Below, one piece after another: positions 1 through 13,740 of a stretch of DNA of 64,000 nt. The notes beneath the pieces are model-generated. The model saw only the letters and a program-made list of their open reading frames with translations. It did no database searches and was not told where the DNA came from. The stretch comes from Lytechinus pictus (lineage: Eukaryota), in the NCBI RefSeq assembly GCF_037042905.1, contig NC_087250.1:16494001-16558000 (forward strand), in the 5' to 3' direction. The position numbers and the translations under genes are program-made. Every line of letters begins with the position of its first letter. Position 1 is the first letter of the stretch.

Positions 1-129
1 CATTTCAACCCCCTAATGGTGGCTGCACGATAGCGAGTCGTCTGTGTACGAGGAGAAATAAAAATGTTAAAAAACTCCTCGAAACAGACGGCTGCCAGCT
101 GTCTAATACGTAATTTTTTAAAAAAGATG

Positions 130-2465
130 TTTTTATTGTTTTTCTCTCAAATCAAATTTCATATACAAAGCAGTTTACAAAGTAACAATTGTAAATAATA
201 ATTCGAACAAATCTCTTGAACTCGTATACATTATGCACATCATGAAATAATATTCTAAGACACTGCATCGTACCACTACCAGATGAGTTTAACAAACACA
301 TATCAGAGAAAAAAACTTATAAAAGTATATGTGTTGTACCTGCCCCCTCCTTACCCACCCCACCCCATCCCCTTCCCTCCGCAAACCCCTACACTTCACA
401 CCCTCAAACACTCACACACTTCATACGCCCTTACATACGGTGCCCGCGTCCCGTTTGAAACAAGAAAAACACCATAATGAACGAACATAATCTCGTGAGC
501 TCTGTCGCCTCTATACTCTTGTAGGTGATGCTGTAAGGAAATGTTCTCATTTCCTTATATGGTTTGATAATTTACCCCGCGTTACTGCTAAAATTTTCTC
601 TTCACGTTCATTTTCTAATATCTTCTTTCTAATTTCGTTGGGACTTGGTGGTCTTTGTTTAGTCCTGCTGTAAACAAAAATCAGATATTTTATTAAAAGA
701 ATAATGTGATTAATTATCTGTTCCTTCCCTATATTAGCATGCTTAACACCAATGTGTATATCCACCCAACTGGCATTTTTTATTTCATACATATTGAATA
801 AGTTACCACAATCTATCCATACGTCTCTCGTCTTTTCACATGAAAAAACAGATGCTCGTAAGTTTCTTCAGTATTCCCACAAAATGAACATTCACTATCT
901 GAGAAAATTTGGAATAAATGTAAATATTTCTTCGTGTATATTAAGTCATAAAGCATTTAAATTGAAACTCTCTAAGCCTACTGCTTAGAGTACATTTTCT
1001 GGGTCTTGAAAATATAGCACAGATATCTTTTTCGGATAAATTATATGTCTTCTCTACATTATTAAACGCATACGATTTTTCCAATTTAATACTTAAAAGT
1101 GCTTTGTTTTTTTTCTTGGATGTCACGTTTGGTAAACTGTTAATCTTACCATTAAATATGGATTTAGACCAGTGTCTTCACAATTCTCTTCTTTCTTCAA
1201 AAGGTGTTTCCATGTTACTGGAATATTTTCAAAAACTTTATAAACTCTATCTATTTCATTTCCATCTAACCCCATTCTCAGAAAGTCTCTAGGAGATTTG
1301 ATGTTACCTTCCTTGTCAACAATATGATGCAATTTATATATATTTTTAAGAAATAAGTTTTCATCAAATAGCATTTGCCCGTTTAGTCGAATAAGTTTAT
1401 TGTTAAAAAATATCTTATTTCTTTTAGATGTTTCTTTTTTAAGGAGTACTTCTTTGGTAGCGGCCCAAATTTCCAACATATCCATATAATATTTTGGTAA
1501 TGATATTTTACAAATATTCAGTGAAGTATTAGTGAATAATAACAACAGTCCTCCTACATCACGGGTTCCAAATATAAAACACGTTTCCATCCTATTCTGA
1601 AATCTCCTGTCAAAAGCCTTTTCAGCCACATGACTCTTTGTGCATATACAAATAAATGAAAATCAATCATTTTAAGTCCTCCCCTTACGTACTCCACAGA
1701 CATCACGTTTCTTTTGACCTTATCTTTACCATTCCATAAGAAATCAAACATTAACTTGTCGATCTCCTCAAATACCCATATTGGTACTGGTAAAAGTGAA
1801 GACACATAATTTATTTTAGAAAGTGCAAATGTTTTCAAAAGTTGTATCTTGCCCATCAGGGTGAGATCTCTTTGCTTCGACCATATTAATAATTTTTTTA
1901 TTTTACTTAAAATCTCTTTGTAATTAACATTTTCCTGAATTTCTACATCTAATGAAAAAGTTATTCCCAATATTTTAATAGCTTCAACTAATTTACCAAA
2001 TGGAACTTCAATATTTTTTTTAGAAAGAAGACCCAACGCTAATATAAATGTTTTGTCTTTATTCATTTTTAAGCCTGAAATCTTAGCAAAATCTCCAAAT
2101 ATTTTCCCGATTGTATCAATAGATTGGGAGTCCCTCACAAAAAGTGTCATATCATCCGCGTAGAGCGCTTGTTTGACTTTTACATTACCAAAGCTGACTC
2201 CGTGGATGGATTTATCTTTACGAATGGTATTAGCAAGGACCTCCATACAAAGTATAAATAAATAAGGAGAGAGGGGATCCCCTGTCTCACACCTCTTTCA
2301 ACACTGAAGTATCCTGTCGATATACCCCATTAAATACCCAACTCAAGGCATTTTTGTATAATGTTTTGATCCAGCTGCAAAATGAGGACCCGAAGCCAAA
2401 AGAACGTAAAACGTTTTGCAAAAAGATGTGCGAGACCGAATCAAACGCTTTTTCAAAATCTATTG
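130..2465 (-). mobile_element. Degraded, 5'-truncated L1/Tx1-clade non-LTR retrotransposon (RT, C-terminal Cys/His knuckle, 3' UTR)
   Basis: Frameshifted minus-strand fragments read IDFEKAFDSVSH, QGDPLSPYLFILCMEVLA, LYADDMTLF, LTLMGKIQLLK, RGGLKMID and CSFCGNTEETYEHLFFSC. A T-rich tract near 130-145 would be the A-rich tail. The element is cut off at ~2465 by a palindromic repeat. Confidence 0.85.
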
Positions 2466-3290
2466 CTTTCTGTTTACATGTAATAAAAAGCCGATTCTGC
2501 ATCGGCTCGCGGTTCTGTACCGATTACTTTGGAGGTGCAAAATTGCCGGTTCTGAACCGAGAGCCGATGCAAGTTAATCGCGTTTACACGCTATGAAAAA
2601 GCCGATGCGATGCAAGTTAATCGCGTTTACACGCTATGAAAAAGCCGAGCACGGCTCGCGGTTCAGAACCGGCAATTTGCACCACCAATACCGTGTTTAC
2701 ACTTGATCGGCTTTTGGTTCAGAACCAAAAGCCGATGCAGAATCCGGCTTTTGGTTTATCTTGCACTGCGTTTACACGCTGTTACAGCTCGCGGTTCAGA
2801 ACCGCGAGCCGATGCAAAAACCTGAAATGATACGCACACCAACAATATACGTCATAATAAAGACAACGCTGGATCTGTGCGCTTACAATTACGTCACAAT
2901 GGTAAAGTAAATGAAATGCGCACCAATTGCCGATGCAGAATCGGCTTTCTGTTTACACGTAGTAAAAAAAGCCGATTCTGCATCGGCTCGCGGTTCTGAA
3001 CCTACTACTTTGGTGGTGCAAAAATGCCGGTTCTGAACCGCGAGCCGATGCAGAATCGGCTTTTTTACTACGTGTAAACAGAAAGCCGATTCTGCATCGG
3101 CAATAGGCGCGTATTTCATTTACTTTACCATTGTGACGTAATTGTAAGCGCACGGATCCAGCGTTGTCTTTATTATGACGTATATTGTTGGTGCGCGGAT
3201 CATTTCAGGTTTTTGCCCCAAAAGCCGGTTCTGAACTGCAAACCGATGCAACGTGTAAACGCAGTGCAAGATGAACCAAAAGCCGATGAC
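2466..3290. repeat. Palindromic (foldback) non-coding repeat built from GTTTACACG / AGCCGATGCA / GGTTCAGAACC modules
   Basis: Arms at ~2745-2996 and ~3035-3288 are near-exact reverse complements. A second family member lies at 29722-30333. Confidence 0.8.
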
Positions 3291-3959
3291 TATGAAAATG
3301 ATTTTACTTACCCATGTCACCCTAATTCGGGTATTTGTGACACTCATAGAACAAAACATATTCAAAATCATTTCAATTATATTTACAAAGTATTTACAAA
3401 TATATACAATCACATATCTACAGAGTAATGGAATAAATACTACCTGAAATTACTTCAGAGACGTAACGGTCAATGAAAGGAATGATGTGTCTCTAAATCG
3501 ATTGGTGAGAGAAGGGTGAGAGACAAAAAAAAAGAGGAAAAGAAAGAAGGAAAAACAAAAGGGGAAGAGAAAAAAGAAAATAACAAAGAGATAAATGATG
3601 GTAATAACAATAACAATAATGTTAAAAGAAACAATACTAACAACAATAATGATACATGATAGCATTAAGGGTTGATAGATAAATAGACGAATGAATGCGT
3701 GTTATATAGGATAGAAACATTTGGAACTGCAATGCAAAGGCACCGATATGTGAATAAAAAGTGAATATATAATTCTTATATATATTGGACTTTGGCATAA
3801 AAATTGATAAAAATTTAAATAAATAGAAAGAATTAAGACTTATTTTCCCTTTACCTAATTATTGTTTTGTTAACATATATACATGAACGTGTTTTCAAAA
3901 AGAAAATGTTAGCATAAATATTTTATTCATTTATTTATTTAACTTATCCATTATAATTC

Positions 3960-5247
3960 TGCAAAATTTTGATACATTTATTAATGTTGACATTTTGGAA
4001 GAATTGAAAAGCTTAACAATTTTTAATGCATTTGGACGGCTTGTATAGGAACCATCAATATATTTCTTTCTTCTTTAAGAAATGCAGGGCACTCAAACAA
4101 ATAATGAAATTCATCACCCAGCTTTGTTGTATTACATATAGTGCATATTCTCTGTGATCGCTCAATATTTGCAAATCTACCATATGCTATTGGCAGACGG
4201 TGGTTTCCACACCGGAATCTTGTTAAATTAATTCTGTATTTGAAAGGCAATTTTAGAACAGATAATTCACAACTGCAATTTTCTTTGAAAATGCGATAGT
4301 TTAAGCACAGTGAATTAGAAAACATTTCAGCATGCCAATTTTGAGAATATATTTTCATATCGCCTAATCATGTTTTAATTGTTGCTTTGAACCACCGTGG
4401 ATTTATTGGCTGATTATCAAACCAAAGGTAAGATAAGCCTGATTTATCCAATGTATTTTTGATTTTTACTATCCACGGGTTTTGATATATATTCAGATCA
4501 AACATTATTTTCAGAATATCGTAAACAGTATGGTAAAATTTTGATATTTTGCTCACGATAATTTTAATCCAAAAGTGTAACATTCTCCACTCAATTAGTT
4601 TCTTGATACTGTGTTTGCCGACTTCTCCATAGGTCATGCAGTTTGCAGTAAATTTACCCACATGAAGTAGACGTTTATAATAACGACTTGGAACATTTCA
4701 ACATCTTGAAGATTAGTTTCAAGACCCCACAACTCACTTCCATACAACAAAGTCGGGAGTACCATTTTTTCAAACAATTCTAATTCCATATCAACTGGTA
4801 AACTCAACTTTATGGATTTGGAACGTAAACTGAACAATGCTTTTTGTGCTTGGCTTAATTGTTTTTTTCCGAGCTTTCGAAAAGCGGTTATTATAATTCA
4901 AAACTGTTCCAAGATATGTATTCAACCCCTAGCTGTTGATTATTGAAAGTAATGATGGGTATATTGCGGATCTTACCTCGAGACAATACGACAATTTTTG
5001 TATTTTGTATATTTACATTCAACGAACAATCTTCACAGTATTTGTGGACAAAATTTAATGCTTCTTGGAGATCATTTTCAGATTCTGCTATATAATACAA
5101 TAGTGTCATAAGCGTATAATAAGGTAAATAATTTAAGATATGCACATATATTTCTCTCGAGGAGATTTTCTTTCAGGTCACTCGTAAGTAAATTAACGCC
5201 GTTGCAATTTTCTCTCAATGTATTGTCAAAATCATTGATAAAGATTG
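3960..5247 (-). mobile_element. RTE-X-like LINE, 3' half (RT C-terminal part and CCHC domain), degraded
   Basis: Fragments IFIND, LLYAYDT (decayed YADD), PTLLYGSELWG and TRFRCGNHRLPIAYGR...RICTIC...GDEFHYLFECP. The reading continues from 13741 across the BEL/Pao insertion. Confidence 0.8.
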
Positions 5248-5314
5248 GAAATTGATTTGTTGACGAAAGGGACATCGATTCAAGAATTTAGTTCCACCGT
5301 AATTGAGATAATTA

Positions 5315-7823
5315 CACACAAAAAACAGAAACTTGCATGTGTTAGTAATCGTACTAAAATGTCAAAATAATTTTGACACTATAGCGACATACTTTGATGA
5401 GTACTTTCACTCAATGAAGGTACTTTGAAAACTCATCTTGTCGAGTATATTTCATTTGACACTATAGTGACACATCAAGTGAGTAAATTTGAATTACTCA
5501 ATCTAATGAGTAACTTAACCCAGTGTAATGAGTATGTTTAAAGTTTTGTAGCGGCCGCCGCTCTCGCTTATTTCTTCCATTCCGACCTCTACGTCAGGAT
5601 GGTGTTCAGTCTTTGGTGGATCACCTGAGCTTTCCTCTATTTCCATTCTTGTCTATCTCAATATCTTCCGAGCATGCAGTTTCCAAGAGAATTATTATAA
5701 GAGTGGAAGAAAATGCTAGAGCGGCTCGCTATAGATTATTTGCAATCAAGGGTCGTTTCGTCAAAATATATGACTACGTGGGTACACAGCAAAGAAAGAC
5801 ACAGGGGTTTGTGACTCAGATTTTAGTTTCAATGGCAAAAAGAAAAATAATGGTGCACTTTATTATTCAAATTGCATAAATATATATACATGTACTTTAC
5901 TTGACTCGCCACTGTTACAGGTAAACAATGTCTAATATTTACAAATAAGCTCTAAGATGTATTTGTTATCAGAGAAATATAATGGATAATTATTAAACTT
6001 TTATTTTGGGCCTCCAAGTATAAGAATTTTCCAAATCTAACCGGCGTCTAGCTGAAGAGAAAAATTCTATTTCCAGCTTCCCAGTCTCGACATTCGTTTC
6101 CACGTCTGTTAATTCCGGCGTCGATATATACGAAGAGATTGATTCCTAGACTATTTACTTCAGGTCGCTCGCCCAAAATAATTATTAAGAAAATTTATAT
6201 CTAGCAAGACCTATTATCTATACTCTAATTAATCTGGACCTCTATTGGGGAATTCTCATATTCATACATATGGGTCAATATAGGGACTTAATTAAATTTA
6301 TATCGAGGTTTCCAGCGTCTATAGGCCTTGGCTATAGGCTTGTTTCCTGCGTCTGTTTACCTTTCCAAGTTTCCCAAGTCTTCCCCGTGGCAAGCCTTCC
6401 GCAGTCAGATTTCCGTTGTTTGTGCCAGCCCCGCGATTAAACGTCTCTTATTTATATGGACAAGTTGCGGACGTAGGTGAAAACGGTGCGCCGAGCGAGT
6501 TTGGATAGCACACACACGTCTACGCGCAGCGTATAATGTACAGAGAACTCGAACTGTGTTTTATTGAAGCCGGTTTATTCACAATTTCTCGTTCATTACT
6601 ACAAAACATTCAATAAGTCGATACGTTTCCAAAAGGATATATCTTTTTGCAATGAAATATATACAGAACCATTCATATCAGTACTTAAAAAGATATGAAT
6701 TCGTCAAAAATCTATCAAAACCTGCCAGCGCTGCGATCGGACGTGTGCACTCCAAACGCTCATCCGCACTTATGCAAATACGCCGCGGCTGCGCTCTTAT
6801 GCAAATTACCATGTACGTACATAAACACAGCCAGTGATGAATTACCGGTATTCAATCTATATCTACACCAATTCTGCAAAACAACTTATCTCCTAACATT
6901 TCTTCATTAAAAATAGAGGTCTCATATTAAAACCTAATACATTAATCATTTTGGAATATGAAATCTTAAGTAATTTCTAATAATAACCGAAAGACATAAT
7001 ACTCACGGTTGAATAAATTCTCGCAACAGCTATGAATAATGAGTAAACAATAGTCATGCGCAGGGCTGATTGTTTACGTCACGATCCTAGTTGCAGGATC
7101 GTTACAGTATATTTACTGACTTTTTGAGTATGTGAACATATTACACACTTGATTAGTTTTTATGAGGTGTTGGAAAACACCTCATGAAAACTAATCAGTT
7201 GAGTTACTGACCCAAACCGAGAGGCGTGAGCCTCGGATGGATGAGAATGTAGATCAATGCACCCTGTTGTCACCATAAATAGCATTTATGTTTGCCCCAT
7301 ACATGTAGGTCTAAGCTATTATTGTCAAGAAAAGTAATTATAGAAGAAAAGGGGGAAAATAAATAAAAAGACATGTAGAACTTACCAGAAAAGTCTTCAT
7401 GCTCTGCACATTTGGCCGGTATCACGTGTGCGCGCAAGCAATTAACGCGAGATCCGAGTAAAATTACTTGGATGCATGATCTCAACACCCCAAAACTCAC
7501 ATACAAGAGTCATATACTACTCATTTTCTCAGCGCAGTTAATCGTCAGATTATCGCTTTACCTGGCTGTGAGTTTTTTCACCCGTTCTGCTATCATACCT
7601 TACAAACTTGAAGAAAAACTCATTTGTACGGATTGTTTTACATACTTTCACTGACAGGGATACTCAAGAAAAGTAGTTAATAAGTAATGTCCTTGAAAAA
7701 AAGATCAGGTGTAACAGAAACCCAGATTCTCGAGTAAAAACACATACGTTACGAATTTTTGCACTTAATTCTTTATGTAAAAAACAATTTTACTCATGGA
7801 AAATATGTCTCGTTGTTTGTGTG
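5315..7823. mobile_element. Non-autonomous DNA transposon with CACACAAA termini and TA TSD (CMC/EnSpm-like), inserted in the BEL 3' LTR
   Basis: The intact LTR reads GATAATTA|GTCAAAGG (13270-13285). Here it reads GATAATTA-[CACACAAAAAAC...GTTGTTTGTGTG]-TA-GTCAAAGG. TGAGTA/TACTCA subterminal motifs occur at both ends. Confidence 0.8.
5547..7106. mobile_element. Probable solo LTR (~1.56 kb, Gypsy-like) inside the CACAC element
   Basis: Begins TGTAGCGG and ends TCGTTACA (imperfect short inverted termini). Flanks GTTT and GTAT would be a 4-bp TSD with one mismatch. It interrupts the TGAGTA-motif-rich host sequence and has no coding capacity. Confidence 0.5.
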
Positions 7824-8412
7824 TAGTCAAAGGAGATTATGCAAATTGGAATAAAATTATTAAGGCTTAGATTGAGGTTAAGTACGTGAAGAGGTTAAAG
7901 GCAATACAAATCTGTTCTGTCAAGAAGTATTTAATACAAGCATTCCAGTTAATACATGGAGATTTATGATTCATTCTTTTCTGTTTTGCAGATCGAATAA
8001 TAAAGCTTTACGGCTTTGTATCTCAATTACGGTGGAACAAAATTTCTTGAAACGATGTCCCTTTCGTCAACAAATCATCAATTCGATTTCTGTGGCAGAA
8101 CTTAAATTCTTCATTCAGAAATTCTTGTTTGTAGCAAAACAGACGAATTAGCGTCCATATTTCAGCTCCGCAATCTTCCGTAGCCTGCTCGAGTAACGTT
8201 CTCAAGGACTAAACATGGCGAAAAGCGAAAACGATAAACAAAACTTTCACTAACTGCGCATGTCCGTTATGATGCCCTCAAATTAAAGGTTAAAGCAAAT
8301 GTTTATCAAAATTTTCTATCACATGAATTTAAACAAAAATCTTTGCTCTGCGAAACATCCTCCCCGCCCAATGAGGGAAATTCCCCTCATGATCAAACTA
8401 ACTACATACAAA

Positions 8413-11400
8413 TTAATCTTCATCACCCTCTCCTGGATTAATTACCACGATCTTGGTTATGGGACGTCTATATTCTGCGATTGGTGTCTTAACCTTTACA
8501 TTACGCACTTTACCATCTGGTCCGGGGAAGACTTCGTTTACGCGGGCAATAGTCCATTTCCCACGTACAGCGTTCGCGTCAGCCATCATCACGACGTCAC
8601 CTACTCGGATGTTGCGGCGATCGACGTTCCACTTCCGGCATGGTGCTAGTAACGGAAGAACATCTCTAGTCCAACACTTCCAGAAAGAGTTCGCGATCTC
8701 TTGGATGAACTCAACACGATGCCTCGGGTTTCTGGTTTCTCGAAAAAGGACCCTGTGCGACATGGCTGGATGCACGTCCTAACAACATGTCGTTAGGACA
8801 GAGGTATTTACCGTCGTCAGGATCTGTTGAGATTCTGCCAATTGGCCTTTGGTTCACAAGATTGGCATTGTCAAAGAAGACAGTGTACAGTTCAAAAGGC
8901 GTCAACGTGTGCTCTCCAATTGCTTTCTTGAGAGCATGCTTGCAGCTCTTCAACATCGACTCTGCACAGCCATTCTGATGTGGGGCCCCTGGTGTAGTGA
9001 ATGCCCATTCTGCATTTTTCTCAGCACAGAATTCTTTCAGTTCGTCTTTGGACCAACCCTTTATCATGTCTCTCAGCTCTCGCTCTGCTCCGATGAATTG
9101 AGTTCTGTCGTCACTCAAGATTCTTCCTGGTTGGCCTCTTACAGCAAAAAATCATCTGAGAACTTGCATGAACTCCATTGTACTACAGTCAACAGCACGT
9201 TCTAAGTGTACCGCCCTTGTGTTCAAGCATGTGAACAGAACTCCATAATGCTTAGCCGTTTTGTTTCGTCCAACTTTCACTTGAAACGGCCCAAAGTAAT
9301 CACACGCCGTGTAGTGAAATGGTGGGGAGTATGGAGTTAGTCTCTCTATAGGCAGCTCTGCCATCTTTTGTGTCTCTACTTTGCGATCAAATGCTCTGCA
9401 TATTGCACATCTTAATTTCACAGTCTTTGCAAGGTTGTGTCCTTTGAGTATCCAGTATTTCCTTCTTACTTTGGCTGTGGTTGCTGCCACTCCATTATGT
9501 CCAATTTCATGGACATATCTCGTGATCAATCTGGATATCCAATCCTCATAGGGAAGCAGGACTGGGTGTACCATATCAAAGGACATCTTAGCTCTGTCTA
9601 ATCTGCCCCCTACTCTGATAATACCTGCATCATCTCTGTATGGACTGAGGGCTTTCAATTCTCCTTTATCTATCCTGCTTCTCAGAGGTCTCTGACCTTT
9701 CCTTATCAGATAATTTTCTCCAATCTGTAAGCCATCAGGAGTCAAAGTGCCATTAGCATCATCATTACTTGTATCAGTTTCCTTCTTGCACTTTGACTTT
9801 AACTTCTTGACAAACTTCAGTACATATGATGCCACACGAACCAGTTTTCTCCAACTTGAGAACTTGGTACAGTCAATGATATCTTCCGCTGGTTCTGTTA
9901 CTACCATGACTGACTGCTCTTTTCGTCTTTCCTGTTCTGATTCTGATTTATTTTCTACCTTAGCTTCCTCTGGCCACTCTGATCTCGGCCTTCGTAAGAA
10001 GTCAGGCCCACGATGCCATCTGTCATTCAACTGATCTGCATTCAACCCTCTGGTCAAGTCATCTGCCACATTAACGTCACCTGGGATATGTCGCCATTGA
10101 CTAGGATTAGTTGAGCCCTGAATTTCTCCAACTCTGGTGGCGACAAACTTCTTGAAACTCCTGGCTCTACTCTTTATCGAAGACAGGGTTATCAGACTAT
10201 CTGTCATGAAGAATGAAGATTACTTCATCCAGGTTCAGTGTCATCTCATTCATGATTGCAGTATATAGTCTGCTTGCTAGTACTGTTCCTTGCAACTCAA
10301 GACGTGGGACAGTCAGTTGTTTTAATGGTGCTACCCTGGATTTAGCTGTTAGGAATCGTACATCATACCTTCCTCCTTTTACTTCCCATCTGAGGTAGGC
10401 CACTGCTCCAAATGCATCTAACGATGCATCACAGAAGATACATAATGTTGGTCTACCAATAGCACCTGCTGGGGTTATACGCCTCTCAAATCTGATGTTT
10501 CTCCATTTCTTCAAACAGTCTTCTCCATTCAGCTTGGCTTTCCTCTGGGAGAACATCGTCCCAATCTAGTCCTTTCTCCCACATCTTTTGCAGTCCAATC
10601 TTTGCTCGTATTACAAATGCTGTCGTGAATCCAATCGGGTCAAATATACGAGCTACTTGACTCAGGATACCTCTCTTAGTAATCTTGGTTGAGTGAACTG
10701 CATTCTCACTCATCTTAACCTTGTATGAGAAGATATGTGTGTCGTTCTCCCAGACAACTTCAAGTACCTTGTCATCACTGATTGCTTCTAACAGTCTGGG
10801 TTATCCTTCTGTCTCATCGAGATCTCTGGAAAGAGCCTTATCAGACCTCCATCCCTTTACTTTAAACACTCCATCTGCTAGCACTTTGTCAATGTCACTG
10901 CTAAGCTTCTCGGCTTCAGCTACTGTTGGCACTGATACACAGATGTCATCCATGTAAGTATCCTTCTTGATGGCTGATGCTGCTTCAGGATACTTATCAG
11001 CCCCTTCCTCTGCTGTTTTCCTTAATGCCATCTGTGCCATAGCAGGGGAAGGTTTATCACCAAAGGTGACTACTTCCATGACATACACATCAGGCTTCCG
11101 ATTTTGATCCAAGTTCCTCCAGAGAAAGCGATGGACTTGCTGATCCTCCTCAGGTATCATTACCCTGTGATACATTTTGGATATGTCTGCACACAGGGCT
11201 ACTTCATGTTGCCTAAATCTCAGCAACACCCCGAATAATCTATTGAGAAAATTTTGACCCTTCATCCAATAATCATTCAGTGAATTGAACACGATACGGA
11301 CAGGAGTGCTTTTCTTGTCCGGTCTGATAACAGCGTGATGCGAAACATAGTGCACAGGACCCGCATATGTCCTTGACTCATCCTCTGATAACTTCCGGCC

Positions 11401-13214
11401 AAAGTTATATTCCACCATTTCCTTTATCTGATTGCCGTAAGCCTATGCATGTTGTGGATTCTTTGCCAATTTCCGCTCAGTGGCAAACAACATCTTTTCA
11501 GCTTTGGTCCTGTTGTCGGGAAGTTGACTAGGATCCTTACAACATGGATAGGGGACGAGCCACTGATTGCCAACTTTCTTACAAGAATCACTGATCAGCT
11601 TTCATTCATCTGCTTCCTGTCTGCTAAGACCGCTAAACTGGCAATTATCAGGACTATGGCATACTCCCATAGACTCCGTTGTCCAAAGTTCTCTCAGGTC
11701 AACGTTCAGAACTGTACTCATGGTAGCCTGATCATATTGGTAGCTCCAAAAATCACCCATCCGAGAGGTGAAGGCCTTGCTACCAGTTTGCCACTCTGTC
11801 TAGTTTCTCCAGTATGCATCTTGGCATGGTCTACACCCACTAGTAGATCAATAGCACAGCCACTATTCGGAAGAAGAGGTTCCTTCCTTATATTGAATCT
11901 CTCAGCTAGATCACCAACGTTCACTTCAGTGATGTCTTCGTTGATACAGTCAAGTCCGATTGCATCTACTGCATAGATTCGGTGATCATCAAGTGACTGA
12001 ATCTTTATCCGATACAGCTTGGTTCTAATCTGTTCAGTTACACAGCCACACTTTGTGAGATTAATGGTGATACATTTACCTCTCAGCTTCTGATCTTCGG
12101 CAACAGAGTTCTTTCTCAGACTAACTTGTGCTCCCGAATCGAGAAGACAATTCAGCAACTTCATCTGGCTATTTTAACTCACTCACATGCACAGCCAACA
12201 TCTGAAGTCAGGTTTCTTCTTTGCCTTGTCATCCTCTACAACATTGCTTACTGAAGCTGAAGACCGTCTATCTCTCTGTTGTGCCGAAGAGCGTCCGTCT
12301 CTCACTGGAGCAGAAGCCCTGATCCGTGTCTTAAGTTCCATCTCCATCCAGTATAGTAAGGCATGGAATGAAGCATCTGTCCTTTCTCGCTCGACAAACC
12401 TCAGCCAGAGCTTCCTGTCTTCATTGCTCATCTTTTTCTCTATAACAGAAATCATATGGTTATTATCCATATCATTGGTTCTGCCTACGTCCTGTAGCGT
12501 ATTATAACTCCTTCTGATTAGATGGACTAGATCGCAAAAGCGACCATCTTCTCCTTCCTTGAGTGGGTGGAATTTCCCAAGATCATACACAATAGCATCT
12601 GCAACCAGTCTTGGATCTCCATAAATATTATCAAGATGAGTCCAGGTTGCTTCATAATCATTCCCCAAGCCGCGAATAAGGTCAAGAGGCTTATCCGTGA
12701 GGGAGGTTCTAAGAATGGTAATAGCATCTCTCTTTTCATACCTAGATTCAATCAAATGTTTAAAGTCAGACTTGAAAGTTGTATAGTCTCTGACATCACC
12801 GCTGAACTGTGGCAGCTTCGGCCTCTCTATCTGCACCTTACATGACGAAGCCCTTTCCGCTCTATCGTTATTCCTTTCAGGAGTAGCATTGCTATGTGAA
12901 TCTGAATTCCCAGTCTTCATCTTACCATAATCCTTGACCTTTTGCGCATACTGAGGAAGGTAGTCTGACAATCTTCCAACCAGGAATCCTCTTTCATGAA
13001 TTCTTCGTCATCAGCAATCGTCTCACAATATTGCTCGTGCTTAGCCTCCAGATCCTTATATGCAAGACTCAAGTCCTGGAACATCTGAGTGACCTCGTCG
13101 AAATCTCCGTGTTCCATCCTGCAAGTTTGTCAAACAATTTGACAACCGAGTCAGCTTAGCTTTCGCTGTCCTCCGTTTGATCTTCAGATCCTTTACTGCT
13201 TGTTCGGTAGCCAT
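8413..13214 (-). pseudogene. BEL/Pao gag-pol polyprotein, multiply frameshifted
   Basis: ATG at 13214 (MATEQAVKDLKIKRRTAKAKLTR). Gag ERPKLPQFSGD; protease LLDSGAQVS; RT ADISKMYH...YMDD; RNase H IFCDAS...SRVAPLKQLTVPRLEL; integrase H-H-C-C plus DYFGPF...CLNTRAVHLE; C-terminal GPDGKVRNVKV. Confidence 0.92.
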
Positions 13215-13260
13215 TACTTCCGGATCCCTTCTATCTCCAAACCCAGGTCAACCAAGAAAT

Positions 13261-13735
13261 CGTAATTGAGATAATTAGTCAAAGGAGATTATGCAAATTG
13301 GAATAAAATTATTAAGGCTTAGATTGATGTTAAGTACGTGAAGAGGTTAAAGGCAATACAAATCTGTTCTGTCAAGAAGTATTTAATTCAAGCATTCCAG
13401 TTAATCCCGCAGTTAATACATGGAGATTTATGATTCATTCTTTTCTGTTTTGCAGATCGAATAATAAAGCTTTACGGCTTTGTATCTCAATTACGTTGGA
13501 ACTAAATTTCTTGAATCGATGTCCCTTTCGTCAACAAATCATCAATTCGATTTCTGTGGCAAAACTAAAAGTCTTCATTCAGAAATTCTTGTTTGTAGGA
13601 AAACAGACGAATTAGCGTCCATATTTCAGCTCCGCAATCTTCCGTAGCCTGCTCGAGTAACGTTCTCAAGGACTACATGGCGAAAAGCGAAAACGATAAA
13701 CAAAACTTTCACTAACTGCGCATGTCCGCGAAACA
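13261..13735 (-). repeat. BEL/Pao 5' LTR (direct repeat of 7826-8357, with deletions)
   Basis: 13278-13728 aligns closely with 7826-8266. It lacks ~80 bp found near the start of the 3' LTR and the last ~45 bp of the LTR. Confidence 0.88.
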
Positions 13736-13740
13736 GAAAT

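Larger units (their letters stand above)
5253..13735 (-). mobile_element. BEL/Pao LTR retrotransposon, near full length but decayed; 5-bp TSD GAAAT
   Basis: TG...CA termini with identical GAAAT at 5248-5252 and 13736-13740. 5' LTR ~13261-13735; 3' LTR 5253-5314 plus 7826-8357. PPT GGGCGGGGAGGA (minus) at 8358-8369. Domain order gag-PR-RT-RH-IN with Pao-type motifs. Confidence 0.93.
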
